From IMG/VR virus record IMGVR_UViG_3300025530_000290: DNA of 64,000 bases. One strand, written 5' to 3'. The position numbers and the translations under genes are program-made. Numbering within the stretch: position 1 is the stretch's first letter; each line of letters opens with the position of its first letter. This DNA is from an uncultured virus (IMG/VR IMGVR_UViG_3300025530_000290). Taxonomy: Duplodnaviria; Heunggongvirae; Uroviricota; Caudoviricetes. Below the pieces are notes generated by a model. That model was given only the letters and a program-made list of their open reading frames with translations. It was not told the origin of the DNA and searched no databases. Below are positions 19,642 through 29,351 of the stretch, piece after piece.

Positions 19642-19959
19642 ATGTCTGAAGGCCACATCCACCCGGCGCTCGCCACCGAAATCACCCGCCTCGCCGAACA
19701 GATCAGCGTCAGCGCCAACCTCGTCGCGCTGACAAAGCCGCGCACAACGCCGGCGCTCAACGTCCGGTACCACCGCGTCCGGAACCTGCCCGAAGGCAAG
19801 ATCGCCGTCGCCGAAGTCGACGCCGCCACCGACACCGCGCACTTCCGCGTGGCAGCCGACATGATCACCAAGGAAATGGCCGACGCGCTCGCCGTACACG
19901 CGACCCGGGTGTGCTACCAGCTCGCACCCGCGCACAAGCTCGCACCCGAACTCCAGTAA
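19642..19959 (+). CDS. Hypothetical protein between repressor and integrase
   Basis: MSEGHIHPAL...; start uncertain. Confidence 0.5.
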   Translation: MSEGHIHPALATEITRLAEQISVSANLVALTKPRTTPALNVRYHRVRNLPEGKIAVAEVDAATDTAHFRVAADMITKEMADALAVHATRVCYQLAPAHKLAPELQ

Positions 19960-19998
19960 CGCGCCCCCGCAAAAGGGCATTCAGAAGGGGAGGGCTGA

Positions 19999-21351
19999 AT
20001 GGCGTACGCGGAGAGGCGCGGTAAAACCTGGCGCGCACGCTACAAGGAACCAGACGGAACCTGGGGGTCCGAGTCCGGTTTCCCCACCAAAACCGCTGCT
20101 CTCGCCTACGGCCGCGAACAGGAATCCCGCATCCGCCGCGGCGACTGGACAGACCCCAAAGCCGGGCAGATCACGCTCGCCGACTTCATAGAGCAGAAGT
20201 ACCTGCAGGCGCTCGACGGCGCCCCCAACACGGTCGCCAGGCACGAAAGCCACATCGGCCGCCACATCCTGCCGAAGTGGGGGCGCTGGCAGCTCGGCGA
20301 GCTGGTGATGGCGCACGTGGAAATCAAGGCGTGGCTCAAGGATCTCCGCCAGGAGTACAAGGCGACGACGGTTGCCAGCATCTTCCAGGTGCTCACCGCG
20401 ATCATGGACACGGCTGTGGAGGCGCGGCTCATCCCCGCCTCGCCGTGCCGGAGCATCAAGCTCAAACTCGACGGCTACGAGACCTCGCGCGGGCTGGTCG
20501 CCACGCCCGTGCAGGTGCTACGCGCCGCGATGCGGCTCCACCGGATACGCCACCGAATCCGCCGGCAGGGCGGCCTCACCGAGCTCGTCCTGTGCCTGAT
20601 GGCCTTCTACACCGGCGCACGCTGGGGAGAACTGGTCGGCCAGACCCGGAACGAGTACGACCAGGTCAACAAGGCCATCTGGGTCGTGGAGCCGCTGAAG
20701 GAGGTGTCCGGCCGCCTGTCCAAGGGCGGCCGCCCGCTCGACGCGCCCCCCAGCACGCCGAGAAAACGGCCGGCCCGCGACGGCGGCACCAAAACCCCGG
20801 CGGGCACCCGCTGGATCCACCTGCCGGACTGGCTGGCGGCACTGTATGAGGAGCTGCTGGCCTCACACCAGCATCGGTTCGTGTTCGTGGGGCCGCTGGG
20901 CGGGATGATGTACCGCACCAGCTATCGAGCGGTGTGGCGGCGCGTGTGGGACGGCGACCCCGGCAACCAGGACCCGGCGTTCCACGCGCCGATCCTGCCC
21001 GGCCTGACGTTCCACGAGTCCCGGCACACGCTGCGCACGTGGCTGGCGGAGGACGGCATCCCCGAGGTGGCCCGCGCGGCCCGGCTCGGCCACAAGCTGC
21101 CGGGCGTGGCCGACGTGTATGAGCACGTCACGCCGGCCATGATCGGCCGGACGCTGCGGTGCCTGACCCGGCGCTGGCACCAGTCCATCCGGGATCTGCG
21201 CCCCGACGAGCGGGAGCTGCTGGTGACGCTGGTGCCGTCCCTGGCGGGTGAGGTGGAGCGGGCGATGTCCGCCCGCCGCAGGCGCGGCGGGGAAACGATC
21301 TCCCAGATCTCTCCCATGCAGGTGGGAAGGCGCCCGGTTGTGTCGGCCTGA
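19999..21351 (+). CDS. int: Tyrosine integrase
   Basis: N-terminal arm-binding domain; catalytic TGARWGEL, TKT, HESRHT, RLGH, VYEHV. Confidence 0.93.
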   Translation: MAYAERRGKTWRARYKEPDGTWGSESGFPTKTAALAYGREQESRIRRGDWTDPKAGQITLADFIEQKYLQALDGAPNTVARHESHIGRHILPKWGRWQLGELVMAHVEIKAWLKDLRQEYKATTVASIFQVLTAIMDTAVEARLIPASPCRSIKLKLDGYETSRGLVATPVQVLRAAMRLHRIRHRIRRQGGLTELVLCLMAFYTGARWGELVGQTRNEYDQVNKAIWVVEPLKEVSGRLSKGGRPLDAPPSTPRKRPARDGGTKTPAGTRWIHLPDWLAALYEELLASHQHRFVFVGPLGGMMYRTSYRAVWRRVWDGDPGNQDPAFHAPILPGLTFHESRHTLRTWLAEDGIPEVARAARLGHKLPGVADVYEHVTPAMIGRTLRCLTRRWHQSIRDLRPDERELLVTLVPSLAGEVERAMSARRRRGGETISQISPMQVGRRPVVSA

Positions 21352-21543
21352 CCTGCGGTTTCGCCGCCGCCGGGTGCGGGTGATCACTTCTTCCACAAGA
21401 TGTGGCCGTGCCCTTGGTGAGCTGGGCGGGTTCGCAAAACCGCTGCTCACGTGCGGTTGTGGACCGCCGCTGGCCGCCGTAGACCGCCGCTGACCGCACA
21501 GGTGATCTCCCATTCGTCTCCCATCCGTCTCCCACATGGGAGA
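21299..21543. other. attP-like site with integrase arm-type repeats
   Basis: TCTCCCA at 21299 and 21310, then 21506, 21517, 21528 (11-bp period) and inverted copy 21537-21543, flanking a ~190 bp core region. Confidence 0.7.
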
Positions 21544-21841
21544 CGCCCCGCACCCACGCCGCCACGGCGATCCGCGGCACGCGGGTGCGGGGCGCCTGCA
21601 CGGCCAACGGGCTGGGCTCCGCGCACGGCCATGCGCTCCCTGGAGCCCGCCACCGGCCTGAAACCGGAACCCCTCAACCAGGTAACGAGGTGCGCTACGC
21701 CTGCACGCTCTCGTCTGCGCCGCGACGATACCCGCAGGCAGCACACCAGAGCGCTCGATTCACACCCTTTGACGCGCTTTTACAGGCTTTGACCCGAAAG
21801 GTCGTCGGTTACGATCGAAGATGCTTCTGATCCACGCGAAG

Positions 21842-21870
21842 GGGCCCCAGCCCGCTCCGGCTGGGGCCCC
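21842..21870. terminator. Hairpin between convergent int/attP and DUF397 genes
   Basis: GGGCCCCAGCC-loop-GGCTGGGGCCC. Confidence 0.65.
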
Positions 21871-21899
21871 AACGCTCTACCGCGTCTGCCTCGAGTCCG

Positions 21900-22100
21900 T
21901 CAGGCCGCCGGCCAGTTTCTCACCTGGTCGAGGAACTCCCGCCACTCCCCCGGCGTGACCGTCAGGTACGGCGCGCTCGGGTTCTTCGAGTCCCGGATGG
22001 CCACCCCGCCGCCGGGCAGGGCCGCCGCTTCCACGCAGTTCTCCTTGGTTCCGCTGTAGCTGCTCTTACGCCAGTTGAGCCTGTTGTGCTTCTGATCCAT
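21900..22100 (-). CDS. DUF397 protein
   Basis: WRKSSYSG...NCVE...VAIRDSKNP...WREFL. Confidence 0.92.
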   Translation of the reverse strand: MDQKHNRLNWRKSSYSGTKENCVEAAALPGGGVAIRDSKNPSAPYLTVTPGEWREFLDQVRNWPAA

Positions 22101-22103
22101 TGC

Positions 22104-22952
22104 TCATGCTTCCATCTGCTGATACTTGCCTTGCAGCTCCGCCAGATAACCCACCGTCTCCTCAGGGGCCAGCGCCGACTTCACTGCCTGCTCGAAGAGC
22201 AAGTTATAGCTTTGAACATCATCCGGGTCTTCCACAAAAAGCGACTTTGTTCCTCCTTCGAGATAGACCATCGGAGCGTCCCCCTCGCCGGGGAAGTCGA
22301 GGATGACGAACGGCCCGTTGATAGCGGCATGCGCGCCGGCGCTGAACGGGATCACCTGGATCGTGACGTTCGGCCAAGCCGCGGCGTCGATCAGATGCTC
22401 GATCTGGGCACGCATCACCTTGGGCCCGCCGACCTGCCGGTGCAGCGCCGCCTCGTCGATGATGGCCCACAGCGTGGGCGACTGCTCACGTGTCAGGATC
22501 TTCTGGCGGGTCATCCGGGCCTCCACCCTTCGGGCAACCACCTGCGGTGTCAACCCCTGCTCTGCGCGGATTACCGCGGTGGCGTACTCCCTGGTCTGGA
22601 GCAAGCCGGGCACCAGCAGCCCTTCGAATGTCCGGATGGTTGAAGCGCCTTCCTCGTATCCGGGCAGTGCCGTGGGGAAGACGTCGCGGTAGGACGTCCA
22701 CCACGCCTTTTCGTGGGTCTGGCGGACAAGTTCGAGGATGGCCTCCCGGTCCTTGCCAGTCACGCCGTACAGGTCCAAGAGCGCTACGACGTTGGCCTCT
22801 TTGGCCTTCTTCCATCTGTTGAGCTCAATGTAGGACAAGCTGCCTTTGGACCAGCCCAGGCGTTCGGTGACCTGCTCGACGGTGAGGCCAGCTTCCTTGC
22901 GTCGTTTGACCAGCTCCTGGGCGAGATAGCGGAGCCGGATCGTGGAGGTCAT
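22104..22952 (-). CDS. XRE HTH + DUF5753 regulator (WhiJ/Scr1-like)
   Basis: HTH N-terminus; VPGLLQTREYA, WAIIDEAAL, PNVTIQVIPF, ALAPEET. Confidence 0.9.
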   Translation of the reverse strand: MTSTIRLRYLAQELVKRRKEAGLTVEQVTERLGWSKGSLSYIELNRWKKAKEANVVALLDLYGVTGKDREAILELVRQTHEKAWWTSYRDVFPTALPGYEEGASTIRTFEGLLVPGLLQTREYATAVIRAEQGLTPQVVARRVEARMTRQKILTREQSPTLWAIIDEAALHRQVGGPKVMRAQIEHLIDAAAWPNVTIQVIPFSAGAHAAINGPFVILDFPGEGDAPMVYLEGGTKSLFVEDPDDVQSYNLLFEQAVKSALAPEETVGYLAELQGKYQQMEA

Positions 22953-22982
22953 CGGTGTGCGGCCTTCCTTGCTGCGGGGGTG

Positions 22983-23028
22983 GTAGGCGGTCGTGTAGGC
23001 GGTCGCAGACAAATTGACTTTCAATTTG
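22983..23028. promoter_or_regulatory. Operator-like direct and inverted repeats upstream of XRE-DUF5753
   Basis: GTAGGCGGTCG x2 (22983, 22995); CAAATTGA-CTT-TCAATTTG (23010-23028). Confidence 0.5.
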
Positions 23029-23114
23029 GTCTTGAAATGATTGTGCCTCACCGACACGATGGGAGGGAACCCATCACGTCCAGCGAGGCAACGATGACGC
23101 TCCCCAACCGCAGC

Positions 23115-23381
23115 CTACCCATCCGCCCCACCCGGAGGGCGCTCTTCGGGACGACGCACGAACGTCCCAAGCCCAGGCACCTTCTTCACCAGCCCCTCGT
23201 CCTCCAGGTGACCCAGCACCTTCCGCGCCGTGTTCAGCCCGATGCCGAACTCCTGCATCAGCTGCTGGAGGGACGGCACCGGGAAACCCGGCTTGTAGTC
23301 CCCGGCGGCAATCCGCTCCTTGATGATCTCGGCCACCTGTACCCAGAGTGGCCGGTCCAGGTCCGGCGTCCATTCGCGCAT
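23115..23381 (-). CDS. GntR-family wHTH regulator (KorA/TraR-like)
   Basis: PLWVQVAEIIKERIAAGDYKPGFPVPS...EFGIGLNTARK...GLGTFV; divergent from transfer genes. Confidence 0.85.
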   Translation of the reverse strand: MREWTPDLDRPLWVQVAEIIKERIAAGDYKPGFPVPSLQQLMQEFGIGLNTARKVLGHLEDEGLVKKVPGLGTFVRRPEERPPGGADG

Positions 23382-23518
23382 GCGGAGGAACCTAACCAGC
23401 CCTACCAGGGCTTATTCAGCCTGGACCAGTCAGGCCCAGGCGCACCCAGGCAGGGCAGGGTGGGGCATGCCCAGACAGAGTCGCAACTCTGTGTAACCGT
23501 CGTGGGGGGTGGAGAGCG

Positions 23519-23905
23519 GTGATCGAGCTCACCTGGGAGATCCCCCGCCAGTGGGAGGCCGTCGGCATCGTCCGGCGGGACGTCTGCAAGCTCCTCGCCG
23601 ACTGGGGCATGGAGAGCGACGCGCCAAGCGTCGCGGTGATCATCTCCGAGCTGCTCACCAACGCGCTCCGGCACGGGGCGGGGACCGTCACCCTCTGCCT
23701 GGCCCGGCACGGTGAGGGCATCCGGGGGGCTGTCTCCGACCACGGGGCAGGGACGCCCCGCAAGATCGAGGCCGCGGGCGACGCCGAGCACGGCCGCGGC
23801 CTCGCGATCGTCGACGCCTACACCACCGCCTGGGGCGTCCACCCGCTCGCCTGCGGCGGCAAGCAGGTGTGGTTCGACTACAAACCAGCAGGGAGCCCGG
23901 CATGA
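23519..23905 (+). CDS. HATPase_c / RsbW-like ATP-binding protein
   Basis: SELLTNALRHG, VSDHG, EHGRGLAIV, GKQVWF. Confidence 0.88.
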   Translation: MIELTWEIPRQWEAVGIVRRDVCKLLADWGMESDAPSVAVIISELLTNALRHGAGTVTLCLARHGEGIRGAVSDHGAGTPRKIEAAGDAEHGRGLAIVDAYTTAWGVHPLACGGKQVWFDYKPAGSPA

Positions 23906-24117
23906 ACGAGGAGAGGCTCCTGCAGATCATCCAGGTTGATCACCCGGGCTGGAGCATCAGCCGCAGCAGCTCCGGCTGGGTGGCCACCCGCCTCACCCCG
24001 GCATCGCCCAGGGCCCGCGCACACGGCGCGGTCGACACCGTGAGCTCTGCCACCCTCGCCGGCCTTGCTGGCCTGCTGAGCCAGCAGCTGGCGATCGACC
24101 AGCGGCACCGTACCTGA
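23902..24117 (+). CDS. Small hypothetical protein
   Basis: ATGA-coupled; HPGWSISRSSSGWVATR. Confidence 0.6.
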   Translation: MNEERLLQIIQVDHPGWSISRSSSGWVATRLTPASPRARAHGAVDTVSSATLAGLAGLLSQQLAIDQRHRT

Positions 24118-24414
24118 GACTCCCGGCGGCAGCCACTGCCACCGGGCGCGGGGCGCGGCGGCGCAGACACCAGCCCACGTGGGGAGGGCCAGGGCGGCGC
24201 CGCCGCAGCCCCGTCCAACCAGACCGCCCGGCCGGGCCCCACACCCGACCCCAGCCCGGCCGGGCTCAACCACGAAAGGGGAGAGGGGAGAAACGATGGT
24301 CCACCGCAAACCCGGCCCAAGCCCCGGGCCCCGCCTGCTCGCGGCGATCGTGATCTGCGCCCTGGCGATCGCCGCCACCGCCGCCATCCTGACCAAGATC
24401 ACCTAGGGAGAGTT

Positions 24415-24693
24415 TTGTCCACCCTCCGCACCCCGAGCACCTGCCGCATCTGCGGCACGGACTACCACCAGCACCCAGACACCCCCCGCATCCCGCACCA
24501 GCGCGGGCAGGCATGCGCGGCCTGCGTCCCAGTGGAGGACGCGCTCGCCCACGTCGCCGTGGAACTGCGCCGCCTGGAGCGCGTGCTGGACGTGGTGGTG
24601 GAGCGCGTCATCCGCACCGCCACCGCACCGGCGGTCGTCCTCGCGCGGGCGCTGATCCGCACGGCCCGCGCCGAACTCGCCCCACCCCAATAA
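24415..24693 (+). CDS. Hypothetical Zn-binding protein
   Basis: CRIC...CAAC; TTG start after GGGAG. Confidence 0.45.
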   Translation: MSTLRTPSTCRICGTDYHQHPDTPRIPHQRGQACAACVPVEDALAHVAVELRRLERVLDVVVERVIRTATAPAVVLARALIRTARAELAPPQ

Positions 24694-24782
24694 CGCGCGC
24701 GGCCCCCGAGCGGCGATCACAGCGCCACACGGGGGCCGGGCCCACCACGGGCCGCCACCCCTGACCTGACCAGGAGTGACCA

Positions 24783-26225
24783 GTGACACACAATAACTAC
24801 CCCATCACTCCGCCGCTAGCCCCGGCGGAGACCAGCACCCTCCCCGACTGGGTCACCAACCCCCCGATCCTCCTCATCATCGCCACCGCCACGGTGGCCC
24901 TCGCCGTCCTCATCACCGCCGCCGCGCTCACCGCACGGCTCGTGCGGCGCATCCGCCGGCCCGCCGAGGACATGCTCACCCTCGGCGTCGCCGCCCTCGC
25001 CACCGGCGTGTCCGCCCAGGGCATGTGGCGGTTCTTCGAGGACAAACTGGGCATAGACGGGCCGCTGCGGATCATGCTGTTCGCCTTCATCGAGCTGGCC
25101 GTCGCCGCATCCGCCATCCGGGCCCGCCGGAACATGCGGGACACCGGCTCCGCCGGCATCGACGGCATCGCCGTCTGGGCGCTCGCCTCCCTCACCGCGA
25201 CGCTGTCCGCCATGGACGCGCGCAGCACCGCCGAGGCGCTGTTCCGGCTCGCCGCCCCGCTGGTTGCCGCCTGGCTGTGGGAGCGCGGCATGGCCGTCGA
25301 GCGGCGCCGCATCACCGGCCGCCGCCGCATCAACTGGCGGATCACCCCCGAGCGCATCCTCGTCCGCCTCGGCCTCGCCGAGGCCACCGAGCGCACCGTG
25401 GGCGAGGTCGACACCCAGCGCCGGATCACCCTGGTGGCGCTGGCCGCCGAGCGGCTGCGCTACCTGCGCACCATCCAGGCCGCCCACTGGCGGATCCGCC
25501 TGGCCACCTGGCGGCTGCGCCGCCGCTACACCGCCGCGGCGCTCAACACCGGCATCGCCGGCAACACCGAGCTGCAGGCCGCGCTCCGCCGCGAGGTGGC
25601 GGGTCTGCTCGCGGTCGACCAGCTGGCGGACATCCAGCCGCTGGCCGCATGGTCGCAGGCCGACCAGCCGCGGCCGGTCGACGACCACTCCGCGACCGCG
25701 ACCGCCGAGGACGTGGACGCGTCCACCGGCCGCGACCGCGGCCAGGACGCGACCGCGACCGACCAGCTGCTCGTCAGCTACACCTCCGGCCGCCGCGGCC
25801 GCACCGTACGGTGGGCGGACGCCGAGCTCGACGAGCCGACCACCCCGACCGTCCCGGTCGCCGAGATGCCGACCGCGACCACCCCGGCCGCGACCGGCGC
25901 GCACGACCAGAGCGACCAGGACGCGGCCACGGCCGGCACCGCCACGGACGACACCGCATGGAGCGAGCTGGTCGGCCAGCTCGACTCCCACGAGCAGCGG
26001 CCGCAGTCCGACCACGAGCGCGGCATCGAGATCATCATCGACTACTACCGCGCGAACAAGACCTACCCGAGCAAGCGCCGGCTCGCCGACGAGCTCGGCC
26101 CCCAGCATGGGCTCACCTACAAGGCCACCTGGTGGCACGAGCGGCTCAGGGACGTCCGCGCGATGCGCGAGAGCGCCGGCTCTGAGCCTGCCCTCAACGG
26201 CTCGCAGCACCTGGGCCACGGGTGA
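24783..26225 (+). CDS. Multi-TM plasmid transfer/spread-type protein (DUF2637/Spd-like) with C-terminal HTH
   Basis: Several TM helices (FAFIELAVAASAIRAR, LAAPLVAAWLWE), low-complexity linker, PSKRRLADEL. Confidence 0.65.
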   Translation: MTHNNYPITPPLAPAETSTLPDWVTNPPILLIIATATVALAVLITAAALTARLVRRIRRPAEDMLTLGVAALATGVSAQGMWRFFEDKLGIDGPLRIMLFAFIELAVAASAIRARRNMRDTGSAGIDGIAVWALASLTATLSAMDARSTAEALFRLAAPLVAAWLWERGMAVERRRITGRRRINWRITPERILVRLGLAEATERTVGEVDTQRRITLVALAAERLRYLRTIQAAHWRIRLATWRLRRRYTAAALNTGIAGNTELQAALRREVAGLLAVDQLADIQPLAAWSQADQPRPVDDHSATATAEDVDASTGRDRGQDATATDQLLVSYTSGRRGRTVRWADAELDEPTTPTVPVAEMPTATTPAATGAHDQSDQDAATAGTATDDTAWSELVGQLDSHEQRPQSDHERGIEIIIDYYRANKTYPSKRRLADELGPQHGLTYKATWWHERLRDVRAMRESAGSEPALNGSQHLGHG

Positions 26226-26517
26226 CCGCCATGATCGCCGTACACGACCACGACCGCCCCGGCCGCGACCACGCGACCGGGGCAATGCCCTGCCGCGACC
26301 ACTACCGGTCGCGGCCGCACCCGACCGGCCGGACGCCGCGACCGCACCGCGACCACACCCCCGACCGGCCGGTCGCGACCCCGACCATCACGACCCCGGC
26401 CGCGGTCGCGACCGCCGACCACGACCGGGTCGCGACCGGCGACCAGCGACCGGACGCGACCAGCCGAACCAGCCGCGACCGCGACCGCCGGGGACGTGGA
26501 CGCGTCCAGCGGCCGCG
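25690..26517. repeat. 45-bp direct repeat pair and CGACC-rich tract (candidate clt)
   Basis: 25690-25734 vs 26473-26517 match at 43/45; 26225-26530 is packed with (CG)CGACC units. Confidence 0.7.
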
Positions 26518-26547
26518 GCCCACCGACCACCCCGAAAGGACCACCCA

Positions 26548-27018
26548 ATGAGCGACACCTGGCGCGGCGAGATGCTGCGCAGCCCGGAGCTGGTGGAGGC
26601 GTTCGCCGGCCAGCTCCGGCGCGTCCTCGACGACGTCGAGCGGCTCGTCGCCCACGTCCGCCGGGACGCCGAGCCGATGTGGCGGGAGAACATGCCTGCC
26701 GAGTACAGCGCGATTGAGGCCGCGCTCAAGCGCCGCAAGCTGACCAAACCGCTGCGCGAGATCCAGCGCCACTTGGACGCCGCGATTGAGCAGACGTTCG
26801 CGCTGGACGCGCGCTACCGGCGCATCATGCACGAGATCCCGCAGGAGCGGCGCACCGGCCGTATGGAGCTCGAACGCGGCACTCAGCGCCGCCCCATCAC
26901 GCCGGGCCGTCCCCGGCCCGTACAGCGCGCCTCAGACACGCCTGAGCACCAGCAGCCGGAGGCCACCGAGGTGTCATTCCTCGACCTCGTACGGCAGCAG
27001 AAGCGGGGGTCGGCATGA
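26548..27018 (+). CDS. Plasmid transfer accessory protein (TraA-like)
   Basis: RBS GAAAGGA; helical 156 aa protein in the tra operon. Confidence 0.55.
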   Translation: MSDTWRGEMLRSPELVEAFAGQLRRVLDDVERLVAHVRRDAEPMWRENMPAEYSAIEAALKRRKLTKPLREIQRHLDAAIEQTFALDARYRRIMHEIPQERRTGRMELERGTQRRPITPGRPRPVQRASDTPEHQQPEATEVSFLDLVRQQKRGSA

Positions 27019-27287
27019 GCACCCGCGTGACCGTCACCTCGCCGTCACGCCGCCTGGAGAACAAGCGGCGCATGTGGACCGAGCGCGTGGAAGCCGCCCG
27101 AAACCAGGTCGAGGTGGCGCGGATCTGCTTCGAGCGTGCCCGCGCCGCGGCCCGCGCCGCCGAACGCGCCGGGCGGCCGGACGCCTGGGACGAGCTCGCC
27201 AAAACCCTCGCCGAGTGGTCCGCCACCTGGGAGAAGTGGGAGGCCGAGACGCTGCAGGAGCAGGAGGCCGCCAGTGACGCACGGTGA
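27015..27287 (+). CDS. Small helical protein in tra operon
   Basis: ATGA coupling. Confidence 0.5.
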   Translation: MSTRVTVTSPSRRLENKRRMWTERVEAARNQVEVARICFERARAAARAAERAGRPDAWDELAKTLAEWSATWEKWEAETLQEQEAASDAR

Positions 27288-27431
27288 CAGCCGGAAGTTC
27301 ATCTGGGCCTTCATGTTCATGTTCATCCGGGCGTGCGCGCGCGCCTTCCGGGCCCCCTACGCGCGTACGCGCGTACGCGCGAGGCTCGAGGTGGCCGCGC
27401 CGGTCACTCTCTGTGGCCGTGGGGGTGGGCG

Positions 27432-28922
27432 GTGAGCGGCGACGAGAACGTCGTGTCGATCACGCCGACGATCCCCAAGCCGCCGCCGATGGCGCCGCCG
27501 CCGCACCTGCTCCTGCCCGGCCCCGGCGAACCCGGCAAGGACGACAAGAACAGCAAGGACAGCGGGGAGCTGCCGTGGGGCGACGAGCAGCAGCCCGGCG
27601 AGGACGAGCTCACCCCGCCCCCAGTGGACAACCCGGACAACCCCACCCCCAGCGAGGTGCTCGCCACCCTGCTGGCCGTGCTCACCGCCATGGGCGTGGC
27701 CGGGGCCCGGCGCCTGTGGCTGCAGATGGGCGGCAAGGACACCGCAGGCCGCGACCGGCAGAACAAGACCGACCCGCGGACGCCATCGTCCCCGACCGGC
27801 CGGGACAGGTCGCGGTCGCCGCTCGGCGCGACCGGTCGCGACCGCTCCAGCCGCGACCGGACACGACCAGACCGGCGCGACCACGACCGGCCGCCATCCC
27901 GGCCGCGGTCACGCGACCACGACCGCGACCGCCGCAGACGCCGCGACCGGTCAGAGGATCCGGTCGCGACCGCCATCCGCAAGGCGGTCGCCGCCGCCCG
28001 CCGGCGAGCCGCCAAGAAGCGCGCCGAGGAGAAGGACGGCCCCTCCGGCCAGCCGCGACCGGACGACCAGCCGCGACCGGCACGGCGACCACCGCGGCGC
28101 CGCCCCGCCGGCGCGCTCCCCTCGACCCGCCGCCCCGCACTCGACCGCGGCCAGCCCACCCGCAAAACCCGCCGCGAACGAGCCTGGCGGCGCTGGCGGG
28201 CCCGACACCCCTGGTGGAAAGCCGCGACCAGGGCGGCCCGGGCACGCTCCAGCAGAACGACCGGCGCGACCGGCGCGGACGGGGGCACACGCGCCACCAC
28301 ACCACCGCCCCCACCGCCGCCGGGTGGCATGCGGCCACCACCCGGCGCCACCCGTATCTGGGCGGACGCCGAGGTCGTCGGCAAACACCCACACCGACCG
28401 CCGCAGCCGCCCCCGCCCGCGGCCGCCTACCGGCACAAACCCCCGCTACCACCCGGACCAGACGACCACACCGGGCACCCGCCGGCCACACGAGGAGCCC
28501 TCATGACAACCACCGCGCTCGCGCACACCGGTGCGCCGCCACGACACGACGACCCCGAGATCACCGTCCACGACGTAATCGAGGCAGGCCGCGACGCCGC
28601 GCAGGAAATCCAAGACGGCGCGGCGCTCGCAAACCGCCTCGTCGACATGGCCATCGGGCTCGGCGCGCAGTTCGACACGCTCCGCGCCGACGCCGCCGAG
28701 CTCAGCGTGCCCGGCACGCTCGTAGCCGATCTCACCGCGCTTTCCGAGCGTGCCGGCGTCATGCAGGGCATCGCCGCCGAACTCGCCGCTGCACTCATCC
28801 GCGCCGCCGACGCGGTACGCGCCGCGGCCGACACCGCAGAGCAGCACCATCGGCCGCTCGCCGACACCACCGCCGACCACGGACACGACCGCCCCGCCGA
28901 CGCCGACTACCACAAGGACTAG
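27432..28922 (+). CDS. Transfer-region protein: TM helix, Arg/Asp-rich repeat linker, helical C-terminal domain (possible internal start at 28503)
   Basis: GTG start; RDR repeats encoded by CGCGACC tracts; GAGGAG then ATG at 28503. Confidence 0.55.
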   Translation: MSGDENVVSITPTIPKPPPMAPPPHLLLPGPGEPGKDDKNSKDSGELPWGDEQQPGEDELTPPPVDNPDNPTPSEVLATLLAVLTAMGVAGARRLWLQMGGKDTAGRDRQNKTDPRTPSSPTGRDRSRSPLGATGRDRSSRDRTRPDRRDHDRPPSRPRSRDHDRDRRRRRDRSEDPVATAIRKAVAAARRRAAKKRAEEKDGPSGQPRPDDQPRPARRPPRRRPAGALPSTRRPALDRGQPTRKTRRERAWRRWRARHPWWKAATRAARARSSRTTGATGADGGTRATTPPPPPPPGGMRPPPGATRIWADAEVVGKHPHRPPQPPPPAAAYRHKPPLPPGPDDHTGHPPATRGALMTTTALAHTGAPPRHDDPEITVHDVIEAGRDAAQEIQDGAALANRLVDMAIGLGAQFDTLRADAAELSVPGTLVADLTALSERAGVMQGIAAELAAALIRAADAVRAAADTAEQHHRPLADTTADHGHDRPADADYHKD

Positions 28923-28925
28923 CCC

Positions 28926-29351
28926 ATGGCCGACGCCATCGCCACCACCAGCAGCAGAAGGAACGCGGTCTCCGCCGAGCTTGAGCGTGCCCGCTACCAG
29001 CGCATAGTCCAGCGGCTACCCCGCCTCGCCGAGGAGCTGAGCACGCTCGCCGAGCAGATCCGCCAGGGCGCCGCGTTCGTGGCCGGGTGCGCGGAGGCAA
29101 CCCGGCACCGCGCCGAGCAGATGGCCGCCCTGCGCGTTGACACCGACACCGTAGGCCGCCACTACGAGGCCGCCACCGCCATGGAACAGGCGCGTAGCCT
29201 CGTCGACCGGCTGGCCGCGACGATCGCCGAGATAGCCACCGCGGCCAACCACACCGCCGCCGCTCACCGTGGCCAGTACGGGGGCGTCGCCGAGGCCGCC
29301 CGCTCTATGGCGGTGGAGCAGGCCGACCCGAGGTTCTACGCCAACCGGTGA
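28926..29351 (+). CDS. Helical transfer-region protein
   Basis: Ala-rich helical ORF, GTGA-coupled to traB. Confidence 0.6.
   Translation: MADAIATTSSRRNAVSAELERARYQRIVQRLPRLAEELSTLAEQIRQGAAFVAGCAEATRHRAEQMAALRVDTDTVGRHYEAATAMEQARSLVDRLAATIAEIATAANHTAAAHRGQYGGVAEAARSMAVEQADPRFYANR

Noticed and set aside
21352..21840. tRNA/tmRNA fragment at the att site
   Set aside because: No cloverleaf or T-loop/CCA signature recognisable
26222..26551. 109-aa ORF, or the CGACC tract as a CRISPR array
   Set aside because: Irregular 5-8 bp units without spacers; the peptide is low-complexity and likely a by-product of the repeats
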